A stretch of DNA of 64,000 nt from an uncultured Spirochaetota bacterium (GTDB lineage: Bacteria; Spirochaetota; Spirochaetia; SZUA-6; Fen-1364), in NCBI GenBank assembly GCA_963820525.1, contig CAWGAA010000002.1, positions 96,001 through 160,000 on the forward strand. Direction: 5' to 3'. The notes below the pieces were generated by a model. It did not search any database. It saw nothing but the letters and a program-made list of their open reading frames with translations, and was not told the origin of the DNA. Positions 38,349-48,867 of the stretch are shown here, piece by piece. A program made the position numbers and the translations under genes. Position 1 is the first letter of the stretch. The number at the start of each line of letters is the position of its first letter.

Positions 38349-40181
38349 ATGTGTGGAATTTTCGGTTTCGTGGGAAATGGGGTAAACGCAGAGATTCTCA
38401 TCGAGGGGATAAAAAGGCTGGAGTATCGCGGCTACGATTCCTGGGGCCTCTGTCTGGCATGCGACGACCAGCTCACGATGCTTCGCAGAGTGGGGAAGAT
38501 CGGATCCGTCAATCCCGCGAGTCTCACGCTCGGCTCCGCCGGCCCCTGGAACGCCGGCATCGCCCACACGCGCTGGGCAACCCATGGAGCCCCCAACGAG
38601 ATAAACGCCCACCCGCACGTGGACTGCTCGAAGCGCATCGCCGTCATCCATAACGGGATCATCGAGAACCACAACTCCCTTCGCGAGACGCTCCGCTCTA
38701 AGGGCCATTCCTTCACCACGGAGACCGACACCGAGGTGATTCCGCACCTCATCGAGGAGTTCCTCAATACGGAAGCCGACTTTGCCTCGGCTTTCCTGGC
38801 GGCCACGAAGCTCTTGGTCGGCGCCTACGGGATCGCGGCCGTGTTCGCCGGCGAGCCCGACAAGATCTTCGTTGCCCGGCACGGCAGCCCCATCGTGCTC
38901 GGGCTGGGCAAGGAGATGAGCCTCGTGGCAAGCGACCCCGCGCCCCTCATCGCCCATACTCGAGACGTCATCTACCTCGACGACGGGGAGGCGGCCGTGC
39001 TGCGCTCCGACGGCTACGAGACGCATACCCTCGAAGGGGTTCCCGTCACCAAGCCCGTCCAGCAGATCGCCTTCAGCCTGCCCGATATCGAGCGGGGAGG
39101 TTTCCCCCACTTCATGCTCAAGGAGATCTCGGAACAGCCGGAGTCCATCAGAAACGCGTTTCGCGGCCGGATCCTTCGCTCGGGCGGCACCACCAAGCTG
39201 GGCGGAGTCGACGAGGCGCTCTTGAAAAAGGCCAAGCGCGTCCACATCGTGGGGTGCGGCACCTCCTGGCACGCGGGCCTGATCGGCAAGTACATGCTGG
39301 AAAACCTTGCGCGGGTCCCCACCCAGGTGAGCATCGGGGCCGAGTTCCGCTACTCCCACCCCGTCATCGAACCCGATACCCTGGTCATTGCCATCAGCCA
39401 GTCCGGCGAGACACTCGACACCCTCGCCGCGGTTCGCGAGGCCAAGAAGCAGGGCGCCGAGACCATGGGGATCTGCAACGTCGTAAGCTCCACGATCGCG
39501 CGGGAATGCGGCAAGGGAATCTACATCCACGCGGGTCCCGAGCTCGGGGTGGCCTCCACCAAGGCGTTTACCAGCCAGCTCGTCGTGCTGGCGCTCCTTT
39601 CCGTTTCCATGGGCCGCATGCGGGGGCTGTCGCTTCGGGCGGGAATCGAGTTCCTCGACGCCTTGGAAAAGCTCCCCGAGCAGGCCTCCAAGCTCCTCAC
39701 CCATAGGGAGGAGATCGAAACGGTGGCGCGTCAGTACGCGGACTGCTCCAGCTTCCTCTACGTCGGCCGCCTCTACGAGTATCCCGCCGCCCTCGAGGGG
39801 GCGCTGAAGCTCAAGGAGATCTCCTACCTCCACGCCGAAGGGGTTCAGGCGGCCGAGCTGAAGCACGGTCCCATCGCGCTGATAGAGCCCGGAGTGCCGA
39901 CAGTGCTCCTTTCCGCGCAGCATGAGATCAGGGACAAGATGATGGGAAACGCCCATGAGATCATCGCGAGGAACGGCAGGCTCATCGCGGTAGCGCAGGA
40001 GGGGGATCAGGAGCTGGCCAAGCTCGCCGAGCACACCTTCTTCATTCCGAAGACCGTGGACCCGCTGGTGCCCATCCTGTCCGTCATCCCCCTTCAGCTC
40101 TTCGCGTATGCCGTCGCCGTTGCGCGGGGCTGTGACGTGGACAAGCCGAGGAACCTCGCCAAGAGCGTCACGGTGGAGTGA
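38349..40181 (+). CDS. glmS: Glutamine-fructose-6-phosphate transaminase
   Basis: MCGI, LEYRGYDS, HTRWATHG, SQSGET, ELKHGP, PRNLAKSVTVE. Confidence 0.97.
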   Translation: MCGIFGFVGNGVNAEILIEGIKRLEYRGYDSWGLCLACDDQLTMLRRVGKIGSVNPASLTLGSAGPWNAGIAHTRWATHGAPNEINAHPHVDCSKRIAVIHNGIIENHNSLRETLRSKGHSFTTETDTEVIPHLIEEFLNTEADFASAFLAATKLLVGAYGIAAVFAGEPDKIFVARHGSPIVLGLGKEMSLVASDPAPLIAHTRDVIYLDDGEAAVLRSDGYETHTLEGVPVTKPVQQIAFSLPDIERGGFPHFMLKEISEQPESIRNAFRGRILRSGGTTKLGGVDEALLKKAKRVHIVGCGTSWHAGLIGKYMLENLARVPTQVSIGAEFRYSHPVIEPDTLVIAISQSGETLDTLAAVREAKKQGAETMGICNVVSSTIARECGKGIYIHAGPELGVASTKAFTSQLVVLALLSVSMGRMRGLSLRAGIEFLDALEKLPEQASKLLTHREEIETVARQYADCSSFLYVGRLYEYPAALEGALKLKEISYLHAEGVQAAELKHGPIALIEPGVPTVLLSAQHEIRDKMMGNAHEIIARNGRLIAVAQEGDQELAKLAEHTFFIPKTVDPLVPILSVIPLQLFAYAVAVARGCDVDKPRNLAKSVTVE

Positions 40182-40188
40182 AAAACAG

Positions 40189-41421
40189 ATGACACCCGGA
40201 CAAATCGTCCTCTTCGAGGATCAGTTCCTCGGCGACATGAGCCCCGTGGCGCTCACCCGGCCCGCCTTCTCGGTCACGTGCGCCTGCTATACCCTGCTGG
40301 ATTTGGTCCGGCTGGCGTGGGACGGCGCCGTGAGCTTCCTGGCCAGAGACCACGTGAAGAAGCTGGCGGCACGAAGCCTCCCCGCCGCGAAACCGGGGGA
40401 TGCGCCCACCCTCTTTCTCAACGCCTCGATCCTCCCCGACGTGCGCTACGCGGAGAAGATCCACGGTCTGGCAGAGCACGGCAAGCCCTTTGTCTGCACG
40501 TCGGGACAGCGGGTGTCTGCTGCGCTCGTGCCCCAGGGGCTTCCCGACGGCATTGGGGTGGAGAAGATCACGGGATGGCTTCTCGACATGAAGCTGCCGC
40601 TCCTTTCCGAGGAGCATTTCACCACGCTGGACAGGCAGTTCGAGGTGGTGAAGCACCTGGAGGAGCTTTTCCCCACCAACATCGCCAAGCGTCTCTCCTC
40701 CGGGTGCTATAAAGAAATCAAGCCGGGAGTTTTCGCCGCGGAAGGGGTGGAGATCGCCGGTACGGCGGTGTTCCGCACGCGCTCCGGTCCCGTGCTCCTC
40801 GACGAAGGCGCCGACGTGGGGGAGTTCTCCTACTTCGAAGGCCCCGTGTACGTGGGGTCCCGGACCAGGATCATCGACAGAGCCTCCATCAAGGGACATG
40901 TGTGCATCGGCTCCACCTGCAAGATCGGGGGCGAGGTCGAGGCGAGCATCATCGAGAGCTATACCAACAAGCAGCACCACGGGTTCCTGGGCCACTCTTT
41001 CATCGGATCATGGGTGAACCTGGGGGCCGGGACCAGCAACAGCGACCTGAAAAATACCTATGGGGAGATCCGCCTGGAGTTCAAGGGCAGGCGCGTCGAT
41101 ACGGGCATCCAGTTCCTGGGCAGCATCATGGGAGATTTCACCAAGAGCGCGATAAACACGAGCATCTTCACGGGCAAGATCATCGGCGCGGCGAGCATGC
41201 TCTACGGCTTCGTCGGCCAGAACGTGCCCAGCTTCTGCAACTACGCCAAGTCCTTCGGGCAGGTGACGGAATGCCCGCTGGACCAGGCGCTGCTGATCCA
41301 GAAGCGGATGTTCGCGCGCCGGGGCGTCGAACAGACACCTGACGATATCGAGCTCATGCGCTCCGTGTTCGAGCTCACCAGAAGCGAAAGGCTCATCTCG
41401 GACGATCCGCTGGCGCTCTAG
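40189..41421 (+). CDS. GlmU-related putative sugar nucleotidyltransferase / hexapeptide acyltransferase
   Basis: LFED..PVALTRP N-terminus; CKIGGEVE, NKQHHGFLGHS, WVNLGAGTSNSDLKN. Confidence 0.8.
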   Translation: MTPGQIVLFEDQFLGDMSPVALTRPAFSVTCACYTLLDLVRLAWDGAVSFLARDHVKKLAARSLPAAKPGDAPTLFLNASILPDVRYAEKIHGLAEHGKPFVCTSGQRVSAALVPQGLPDGIGVEKITGWLLDMKLPLLSEEHFTTLDRQFEVVKHLEELFPTNIAKRLSSGCYKEIKPGVFAAEGVEIAGTAVFRTRSGPVLLDEGADVGEFSYFEGPVYVGSRTRIIDRASIKGHVCIGSTCKIGGEVEASIIESYTNKQHHGFLGHSFIGSWVNLGAGTSNSDLKNTYGEIRLEFKGRRVDTGIQFLGSIMGDFTKSAINTSIFTGKIIGAASMLYGFVGQNVPSFCNYAKSFGQVTECPLDQALLIQKRMFARRGVEQTPDDIELMRSVFELTRSERLISDDPLAL

Positions 41422-41444
41422 GCCCAGCGGGGGCCGGTCCCGCT

Positions 41445-42575
41445 CTACTTCATTATCCTGTACTCTCTCCCCTTCCACACCACGGGAATGCGGCGCATGA
41501 TCTTCCAGATCGAGTTCAGGGCGAAGGCAAGGGCGAAGCAGACCATGACGGGATGAAAAACGACCGAGAGGAGGCTGTGGCGCGTGCGAAGAGCCAGGGC
41601 GAGCCTTAAAAGGATGATGAGGAGGGCCTGGTTGAAGTAGGGGTTGGAGAAGCCCAGCGCCGGGTTTATGGCCAGCTGAACGAATGGGTTCAGGAAGATC
41701 CCGTAGCATGCGGCGAGTGTCAGGAGGAAAGGGACCACGGAGTAGCCGAACGCCCCGAAGGTATTCTTGGAAAACCCTTCCCAGATCGCCTTCGCGCTGT
41801 CATAGAATCGGGTAAAGAAAAGTCCTGTGCCGTCCAGGAACTCGACCTTTTTCCCCTCGGCTTTCACCAGGCGCGCAAGGTGCATGTCCTCGACGATTTC
41901 CTCCTGGAGTGCAAGGTGGCCTCCCACCTGCCGATACACATCGCTTCTGACGAGAATGAAGGTCCCGATCGCCACCGCCGCATTGCCGTTGCTGAAACGC
42001 GAAAGCAGGCCAAGCGGGAAGAAAAGGTAGAAAGCGAGATAGATCACTGGAATGATGATTTTTTCAGCCAGTGAGACGGTGCGGATGTCGGGGAGGTAGG
42101 AGACCATGTCAGCTCCCCTGACCCTGCTCTCTTCGAAGGCGCGCAGGATCGAATCTCTGCCGTGAGCCGTGTCCGCATCTGTGAATGCAAGCCAGGAGCC
42201 GGAAGCCCGAAGTGAAAGCTGGTGGCAGACCCAGTTCTTGCCGCTCCACCCGTCGGGAAGCGCTTGCGAGCGGCAGGCTTGTACTCTTCCGCCGCTTGCG
42301 GCCGCGTAGCCCTGGAGGATCTCCCAGCTCGAGTCTTCCGAATGATCGTCCATGGCTATGATCTCGAGGTTGGGATAGCTCTGGTCGAGGAGCGAATCGA
42401 GGCATCGCTTGATATTTCGCTCTTCGTTACGAACCGGGACAAGAACTGATATTTTTTGGCAATACGTCTGGTCAGGGGGTCGTATCAGCCTGGCCTTCCA
42501 CCGGAAGTAATGGAGGTTGAGAAGGAAGGCCACGGTACAGTAAAAGAGGAAGAAGTAGACCGCGAGTATCATCAT
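41445..42575 (-). CDS. Membrane glycosyltransferase family 2
   Basis: SVLVPVRNEE, DDHSED, LPDGWSGK, FTDAD, IVED; TM helices at both ends. Confidence 0.88.
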   Translation of the reverse strand: MMILAVYFFLFYCTVAFLLNLHYFRWKARLIRPPDQTYCQKISVLVPVRNEERNIKRCLDSLLDQSYPNLEIIAMDDHSEDSSWEILQGYAAASGGRVQACRSQALPDGWSGKNWVCHQLSLRASGSWLAFTDADTAHGRDSILRAFEESRVRGADMVSYLPDIRTVSLAEKIIIPVIYLAFYLFFPLGLLSRFSNGNAAVAIGTFILVRSDVYRQVGGHLALQEEIVEDMHLARLVKAEGKKVEFLDGTGLFFTRFYDSAKAIWEGFSKNTFGAFGYSVVPFLLTLAACYGIFLNPFVQLAINPALGFSNPYFNQALLIILLRLALALRTRHSLLSVVFHPVMVCFALAFALNSIWKIMRRIPVVWKGREYRIMK

Positions 42576-42624
42576 CCACTTGCACCTCGACAGCCAAAGT
42601 ACTATGCTTGTCTATGCTAGTCAA

Positions 42625-43449
42625 ATGCCACGGCCTGGCCGTCCGGATTACAGAGGTGCAGAGGTGATTCGCCGCAGGGGTTGCCGCATCATCGACAGGT
42701 CTCCGATCCATCGCATCGCTTCCCTCCCCGTTTTTTGGATGACCCTGGCTCTGGTAATCCTCTACAACCGCTTCGTGTTCCGCCTTTCGGTGGTGGGCCG
42801 CAGGAACCTTCGAGACGTGCGGGGGAAGGGGTGTTTCCTCATCTCCAATCACACCCTGTACCTGGACCCGGCGATCATCGCACACGCGATAGCGCCGCGG
42901 CGGGCGCGTTTTTCGGCGCTCCAGAAGACCTTCTCCATGCCATACGTCGGAACCCTCATCCGGCTGTTGGGCGCTTTCCCCATCCCGGAGGCGAACGGCC
43001 TGCAGAAGCTCGTTCGGCCGATACGGGAGCTGATGGACGAGGGATGGTTCGTGCACTTCTTCCCCGAGGGTGAGCTCGCGCACAGGAGCCAAAGCCCCGC
43101 CGCTTTTTCTCCCGGAGTCTTTTTCTTTTCCCAGCTTCTCGACCGGCCCATCATTCCGATCACCACGGTGCTCCTTCCCATCACCTTCTTCGGAAGGCGG
43201 CTGAGCGGCAGGTTCTTCCGGGTGAAAGCCGTTATTGGAGAGCCGATCTTCCCCGCATCCTTCAGAACAGCCGGACGGGACGTGCGGGCCGCCGTCGAAG
43301 CGATGGCGCGCTACGCGCACTCGGTTATGTGCGACTGCATCGGGCGCGAGCGCATGATGCATTTCCCCGTGACGGGAGGCGGCCTCGCGCTCCCCGGCCG
43401 GGGGAGGGATCAACCGGATTCCTCGGTGGCGAGGCCCAGCAACTGGTGA
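42625..43449 (+). CDS. Lysophospholipid acyltransferase (PlsC family)
   Basis: SNHTLYLD, LGAFPI, FFPEG, PIIPI; start uncertain. Confidence 0.85.
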   Translation: MPRPGRPDYRGAEVIRRRGCRIIDRSPIHRIASLPVFWMTLALVILYNRFVFRLSVVGRRNLRDVRGKGCFLISNHTLYLDPAIIAHAIAPRRARFSALQKTFSMPYVGTLIRLLGAFPIPEANGLQKLVRPIRELMDEGWFVHFFPEGELAHRSQSPAAFSPGVFFFSQLLDRPIIPITTVLLPITFFGRRLSGRFFRVKAVIGEPIFPASFRTAGRDVRAAVEAMARYAHSVMCDCIGRERMMHFPVTGGGLALPGRGRDQPDSSVARPSNW

Positions 43450-43642
43450 AAACGGCAGCGTGCCGGCCGTCCGGCGGGCAGCCGCGACCGGAGCTCGAGG
43501 CTTGCCGAAACAGAATTGACAGGGGTTCCGGTTGGTCGTACCATACTTGAGGGTCGGGCTTTCTTCCCCTGGCCTGTCTCATGCATCCCCCTATCTGGAG
43601 CGCCTCTCCAGGGGACGATGCGCCGGCCCAGGAGGCTTGAGT

Positions 43643-43888
43643 ATGGTCATGGATGCCCTGACGATTCAGAACGAGATCCAGAGGGTGATCAACGACGATC
43701 CGACCATTACGGAAGCCAAGCACATCTTCGTGTCGGTGGAAAAGAGGGGCTTCTGGTTCCTCGGCAAGGAGGTGGTCTTCCTGAAGGGCAGCGTGCATTC
43801 GGACTCGGACAGGACGAAGGCCGAAAAGATCGCAGCCCTCCACAGCGGCAGCCGGGAGGTGGTCGACAACATTCAAGTCGTGCACTGA
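43643..43888 (+). CDS. BON-domain-like small protein
   Basis: VFLKGSVHSDSDRTKAEKIA..EVVDNIQV; GGAGG RBS. Confidence 0.75.
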   Translation: MVMDALTIQNEIQRVINDDPTITEAKHIFVSVEKRGFWFLGKEVVFLKGSVHSDSDRTKAEKIAALHSGSREVVDNIQVVH

Positions 43889-43892
43889 CTCT

Positions 43893-43927
43893 CCGCGCCG
43901 GCGTCCCGAAAGGGGAGGCCGGCGCGG
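43893..43927. terminator. GC-rich hairpin between convergent genes
   Basis: CCGCGCCGGC...GCCGGCGCGG. Confidence 0.55.
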
Positions 43928-44038
43928 GTTCGGATGTCACCTGCAGCGTTTGAGATTGTCCTTATCCGCGCGTGTCCTTGACCGCACGCGGAGCGCATTC
44001 ATATTTTTTCCCCGGGGAGGTGAACAAGATCCTCGTTT

Positions 44039-44515
44039 TCACGCAAGCCCCCCACTCGGATCGCGAGGAGTGACCCCGGAAGCTCCCGAGCCCTCGGCAA
44101 GGCTTACCAGGAGGGCATGCCAGGCCAGGGTGGCGCACTTGACCCTCACCGGAAAGCTGATCACCCCCTTGAACGCGACGAGCTCATCCAGGGAATCGAG
44201 CGTTTCAGCCGGCTTCTCGCCCCTGAGGGTATGGATGAACTTCTCGGCGAGCCCGCGCGCCTGCTCAACGCTCCTGCCGCGGACCTGCTCCGTCATGATG
44301 GAGGCCGAGGCGGTGCTGATGGCGCAGCCCTTGCCGTCGAAGCGCACCCTCTCCACGATTCCTGACGCGTCGACAACGACCTCGAGCTTCAGCGAGTCTC
44401 CGCAGGCCGGATTCTCGTGGGCCATCGTGTCTGGAATATGGTCCAGCACGGCGGCATTCCTGGGCTTTCTGTAATGGTCGAGGATGATCTCCTGGTACAG
44501 GTCTGCGAAGTCCAT
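44039..44515 (-). CDS. sufU: SufU sulfur-transfer/scaffold protein
   Basis: LYQEIILDHY, NPACGD, GCAISTASAS, RVKCATLAW. Confidence 0.93.
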   Translation of the reverse strand: MDFADLYQEIILDHYRKPRNAAVLDHIPDTMAHENPACGDSLKLEVVVDASGIVERVRFDGKGCAISTASASIMTEQVRGRSVEQARGLAEKFIHTLRGEKPAETLDSLDELVAFKGVISFPVRVKCATLAWHALLVSLAEGSGASGVTPRDPSGGLA

Positions 44516-45774
44516 CAGGCAAAGAACCTCCGGGTCTTCTGGAGAGCCTCCGCCAGGAGATCTACCTCCGCCGGGGTGTTGATGAAGGAGAGGCTCGCGC
44601 GGGCGGTGGCGGGAACGCCGAGCTTCCTCATGAGAGGCTGGGCGCAGTGATGGCCGGCTCTGATTGCTATCCCCTCGCGGTCCAGAAGCTGCGCCACGTC
44701 ATGGGGATGCACCCCGCTTAAGTTGAAGGAGAAGACAGCCCCGCGTTTCGGCGCCTTGCCATAGAGGGTGAGGCCTTCGATCTCTTCCAGCCGCTTGACG
44801 GCGCGGCGTGAGAGCTCCTCCTCGTAGGCGGCAACGCTCTCCATCCCCAGGCTTTCGAGGTACAAGATCGCCGCCGACAGCCCCACCGCTCCCTCGACGT
44901 TCGGCGTGCCCGCCTCGAACTTGTGGGGGGGCTCGTTCCACGTGGACTTCTGCAGCCACACGGCCTTGATCATCTCCCCGCCGCCCTGGAAGGGGGGCAT
45001 CTTTTCAAGAAGCTCTTCCCGCGCGTACAGGACGCCGATCCCCATGGGACCGCACGCCTTGTGTCCCGAGAACGCCAGGAAATCGCAGTCGAGGTCCCGC
45101 ACGTTCACCCTCATGTTGGGCACCGACTGCGCCCCATCCACCAGGATGAGCGCACCGCGCTCATGGGCCAGCCTGGCCACCTGCTTCACGTCATTGACGG
45201 TGCCCAGGACGTTTGACAGATGGGTCAGCGCCACCATCCTGATGCGATCCGTCCAGATGCGGTCGATCTCGCCCAGCTCGAGCCCCCCGTCCGGCCCGAC
45301 GGGGATGAAGCGCAGGGAGCATCCCCTCTCGGATGCGAGGAGCTGCCAGGGAACGAGGTTGGAATGGTGCTCCATCTCGGTGAGCAGGATGTCGTCTCCC
45401 GGCTTCAGGTTCTCGCGCCCCCATGAGGATGCCACCAGGTTGATCGCCTCGGTGGCCCCGCGGACGAACACGATCTCCTCCGGCTTGGCGGCGCCGATGA
45501 AACGCTGGACCGAGCGGCGGCTTCCCTCGTAGGCGGAGGTCGCCTCCTCACCCAGGGTGTGAAGAGCCCTGTGAACGTTTGCGTTCGTGTTCTCATAGTA
45601 GGATCGGATCGCGTCCAGGACCGCGCGGGGCTTCTGGGAGGTCGCCGCATTGTCCATATAGACGAGCTTTCTGTCGCCGATGAGCCTGCCGAGAATGGGG
45701 AAATCGGCGCGGATCTCCGCGACGGACCTGGCGCCGACGCGCGAGTCTTCCTGAGCTGTTACCGCGGTTCCCAT
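44515..45774 (-). CDS. sufS: Cysteine desulfurase
   Basis: YMDNAATSQKP, MEHHSN, FSGHK, IRAGHHCAQP. Confidence 0.95.
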   Translation of the reverse strand: MGTAVTAQEDSRVGARSVAEIRADFPILGRLIGDRKLVYMDNAATSQKPRAVLDAIRSYYENTNANVHRALHTLGEEATSAYEGSRRSVQRFIGAAKPEEIVFVRGATEAINLVASSWGRENLKPGDDILLTEMEHHSNLVPWQLLASERGCSLRFIPVGPDGGLELGEIDRIWTDRIRMVALTHLSNVLGTVNDVKQVARLAHERGALILVDGAQSVPNMRVNVRDLDCDFLAFSGHKACGPMGIGVLYAREELLEKMPPFQGGGEMIKAVWLQKSTWNEPPHKFEAGTPNVEGAVGLSAAILYLESLGMESVAAYEEELSRRAVKRLEEIEGLTLYGKAPKRGAVFSFNLSGVHPHDVAQLLDREGIAIRAGHHCAQPLMRKLGVPATARASLSFINTPAEVDLLAEALQKTRRFFA

Positions 45775-46070
45775 AGAAGGTAGATCCCTCCTCCCTCGAT
45801 CTTCACGGGATAGCTCTTCACCGGCTGGGTGGCGGGAAGCCCCGTCACCCCTCCCGTCTTGATGTCGAACCGCGAACCGTGCTTTGGGCAGTACACCTCT
45901 CCAGCCCAGATCTCCCCTTCGGAAAGGCGCGAATACTCGTGGGAGCAGATGTCGTCCAGCGCGTAGATCCCGTCCTCCAGGCGAAAGAGCGCCACCCTCC
46001 CGCCGTTCACGTCCACCGCCATGCTCTGGGAGAGCTCCTTCTCCTCGGCCACGCGAATCCAGGCGGCCAT
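45759..46070 (-). CDS. Rieske-type ferredoxin
   Basis: CSHE..CPKHGSRFD. Confidence 0.9.
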   Translation of the reverse strand: MAAWIRVAEEKELSQSMAVDVNGGRVALFRLEDGIYALDDICSHEYSRLSEGEIWAGEVYCPKHGSRFDIKTGGVTGLPATQPVKSYPVKIEGGGIYLLWEPR

Positions 46071-46078
46071 ACCGTTTC

Positions 46079-47455
46079 TCAGCTCCCCGGCGCGCTTGCG
46101 CCGGCCAGCCGCGCCCTGACCGCCTCCATGACGCTCGAGAGAAAAGGCTCGGGGGCGTCGGCCAGGAGATCCTCGAAGTAGCCGACCACGAGCATCTCCC
46201 GGGCTTCCTCGCGGGAAAATCCGCGGCTCATGAGGTAGAAGAGGTGCTCCTCGTCAATTCTGCCCGTTGTGGAGCCATGGCTGCATTTCACGTCATTGTT
46301 TCCGATCTTCAGGCTCGGGATGGAATCGCTCCTGGCTCCGTCGTTCAGGATGAGGTTCCTGTTGGTGAGGAAGGCATCGGTGCCCGCGGCGCCGGGGCTC
46401 ACCTCGATGAGACCCTGGAAAACGCTCCTGCCGTTGTCCTTCACGGCACCCTTGTAGTAGGCGCGGCTGCTGGCGGAGCGGGCGAGATGGCGCTGGACGG
46501 TGCGGATGTCCATCCGCTGGTGGGCGCCGCAGAAATACACCCCGTTGAGGAGGGCTTTCGCCCCGCTTCCTTCCAGCCGGCAGTCCATTCGCGTCTTGAC
46601 CAGCCCGGCGCCGAAGGCGGCGTCGAAGTGGGTGAGGGAAGCGTCCCTGGCCACGGAGGCAGAGGCGTTCCGGAAAGCGAGGCACCGGGGGCCGAGGGTC
46701 TGCGTTTCGTGGAAGCTTAAGGCCGCCCCATCGGAGAGGATGAGGGTGGAGCCCGCGTTGGCAAGGAGGTCGGCCTCGGCGCCGCTTGACGTGTGCTGGA
46801 CAACCACGGCGCGCGCCCCCTCGCCGAGCAGCACCGCGACGTGCGCGGATACCAGCCGGCGCGATCCCGATTCGTGCATCTCGATGATGAAGGGATCCTG
46901 TATCTCGACGAAGGGCGGGACGGAAAGGAAAACGCCGTGAGTCAGGCTGGAAAAGTGCCACGGGATGAAGCGGTTGTCGGCCTCTTCCACGGCGCGGGTG
47001 AAACGCGAGCGCAGGGGCTCCTCGAACTCGCCCAGCGCATCCCTGAGGCTCATGAGCCTGACGCCCTTTACCAGCCAGTCTGCGCAGAGAAAGAGCCGGG
47101 AGAGCCGGCCTGAATCGAATCGGATGATGCCCGCCGCGGTTTGAATGGGTGCGGGCTGCGTCCGGGCGGCCTCGCCGCCTATGCGCTCCGCCTCCGTTGG
47201 AGCGGCCTCGGCGGCCATGCGCGCCGCTCCCGGCTGCCCGTCCGCCTCCTGGGTCTCGTACGGGGAAAGGTCCACGCGGGAAAGATCGGTCCTTCGCCAC
47301 TCCTCTTCGGCCGGGGTAGGCCAGGCCATCGAGTCGAAGCGCTCCGATGCATAACGGCGAAGCTCCTCCATCCAGCGGGGCTCGGGGGCCGGCCCGCCTC
47401 CCGCGCCTGCCGTCGACGTTCGAGAGCTCACCACTCCCGCTGAGTCCCGTGCCAC
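46079..47455 (-). CDS. sufD: Fe-S assembly protein SufD
   Basis: [30 protein letters not shown]. Confidence 0.9.
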   Translation of the reverse strand: MARDSAGVVSSRTSTAGAGGGPAPEPRWMEELRRYASERFDSMAWPTPAEEEWRRTDLSRVDLSPYETQEADGQPGAARMAAEAAPTEAERIGGEAARTQPAPIQTAAGIIRFDSGRLSRLFLCADWLVKGVRLMSLRDALGEFEEPLRSRFTRAVEEADNRFIPWHFSSLTHGVFLSVPPFVEIQDPFIIEMHESGSRRLVSAHVAVLLGEGARAVVVQHTSSGAEADLLANAGSTLILSDGAALSFHETQTLGPRCLAFRNASASVARDASLTHFDAAFGAGLVKTRMDCRLEGSGAKALLNGVYFCGAHQRMDIRTVQRHLARSASSRAYYKGAVKDNGRSVFQGLIEVSPGAAGTDAFLTNRNLILNDGARSDSIPSLKIGNNDVKCSHGSTTGRIDEEHLFYLMSRGFSREEAREMLVVGYFEDLLADAPEPFLSSVMEAVRARLAGASAPGS

Positions 47456-47463
47456 GCTTCCTC

Positions 47464-48867
47464 CTATCCTACGGAGCCCGACATCTCGAGCTCGATCAAT
47501 CGGTTGAGCTCCACCGCGTACTCCATGGGGAGCTGCTTTACGAGGGGATCCAGGAAACCATTGACGATCATGAGGCTGGCCTCCTGCTCGCTCATGCCCC
47601 TGCTCATGAGGTAGAACAGCTGGTCTTCACCGATCTTGCTCACCCGCGCCTCGTGCTCGATGGACACGTTGTCCGAGTTGATCTCCATGGAGGGGTAGGT
47701 GTTCGTTGCGGACAGGTCGTCCAGGATCAGGGCGTCGCAAACCACGCGGGATCGTATTCCGCGAAGGCCCTCGTTCACCTTCAGCAGGCCCCGGTAGCTG
47801 GCGATCCCCCCGCCCTTGCTGATCGACTTGGCCGTGATGAGGGACGTGGTGTGGTTGGCGGCGTGCACCGCCTTGCCCCCCGTGTCCTGCTCCTGCCCTT
47901 TTCCCGCGAAGGCGATGGAGAGCACCTCCCCATGGGCTCCTTCCCCCATGAGGTAGACCGAGGGGTACTTCATGGTCCGCTTGGAGCCGATGTTGCCGTC
48001 CACCCACTCCACCGTCGCGTCCTGGTAGGCCACGGCCCGCTTGGTCACCAGGTTGTACACGTCGGCCGACCAGTTCTGGATCGTGGTGTAGCGCACGCGC
48101 GCTCCCCGCTTGGCTACGATCTCCACCACCGCGCTGTGAAGCGAATCGGTGGCGTAGATGGGGGCCGTGCAGCCCTCGATGTAGTGCACGAAGCTGCCCT
48201 CGTCCGCGATGATGAGGGTGCGCTCGAACTGGCCGAAGTTGCGCGCGTTGATCCGGAAGTAGGCCTGAAGCGGGATGTCCACCTTCACGCCCTTGGGCAC
48301 GTAGACGAAGCTTCCCCCGGACCAGACGGCGCTGTTCAGGGCGGCGAACTTGTTGTCCATGGAGGGGATAACGGTTCCGAAGTACTCGCGCACTAAATCG
48401 GGATAGTTCCTCACCGCGGTCTCGGGATCGGAGAAGATCACTCCCTTCTTCGCCAGGTCTTCCTTGATGCTGTGGTATACCATCTCGGAGTCGTACTGGG
48501 CCCCCACGCCGGCCAGGAATTTCCGCTCGGCTTCGGGGATGCCGATGCGCTCGAAAGTTTCCTTTATATATGCGGGGACGTCTTCCCAGCTCCTCTTCTG
48601 CTCTTCGACAGGCTTGGCGTAGTAGTACAGATCGTCGAAGTCCAGGTCCGAGAGGTCGGCGCCCCAGTTGGGCATCGATTTCTTCTTGAATACCGCCAGG
48701 GCCCGCAGGCGGAAGGCAAGCATCCAGTCCGGCTCTTCCTTGTGCCGGGAGATGGCGGTCACCACCTCCTCGTCCAGGCCCTTACGAGTCTTGAAAACGG
48801 ACTGATCGGGGAACGAGAAGCCGTACCCGTATTCGCCTATGTCAACGACCGACTCTTGTGACTTCAC
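47464..48867 (-). CDS. sufB: Fe-S assembly protein SufB
   Basis: [38 protein letters not shown]. Confidence 0.96.
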   Translation of the reverse strand: MKSQESVVDIGEYGYGFSFPDQSVFKTRKGLDEEVVTAISRHKEEPDWMLAFRLRALAVFKKKSMPNWGADLSDLDFDDLYYYAKPVEEQKRSWEDVPAYIKETFERIGIPEAERKFLAGVGAQYDSEMVYHSIKEDLAKKGVIFSDPETAVRNYPDLVREYFGTVIPSMDNKFAALNSAVWSGGSFVYVPKGVKVDIPLQAYFRINARNFGQFERTLIIADEGSFVHYIEGCTAPIYATDSLHSAVVEIVAKRGARVRYTTIQNWSADVYNLVTKRAVAYQDATVEWVDGNIGSKRTMKYPSVYLMGEGAHGEVLSIAFAGKGQEQDTGGKAVHAANHTTSLITAKSISKGGGIASYRGLLKVNEGLRGIRSRVVCDALILDDLSATNTYPSMEINSDNVSIEHEARVSKIGEDQLFYLMSRGMSEQEASLMIVNGFLDPLVKQLPMEYAVELNRLIELEMSGSVG

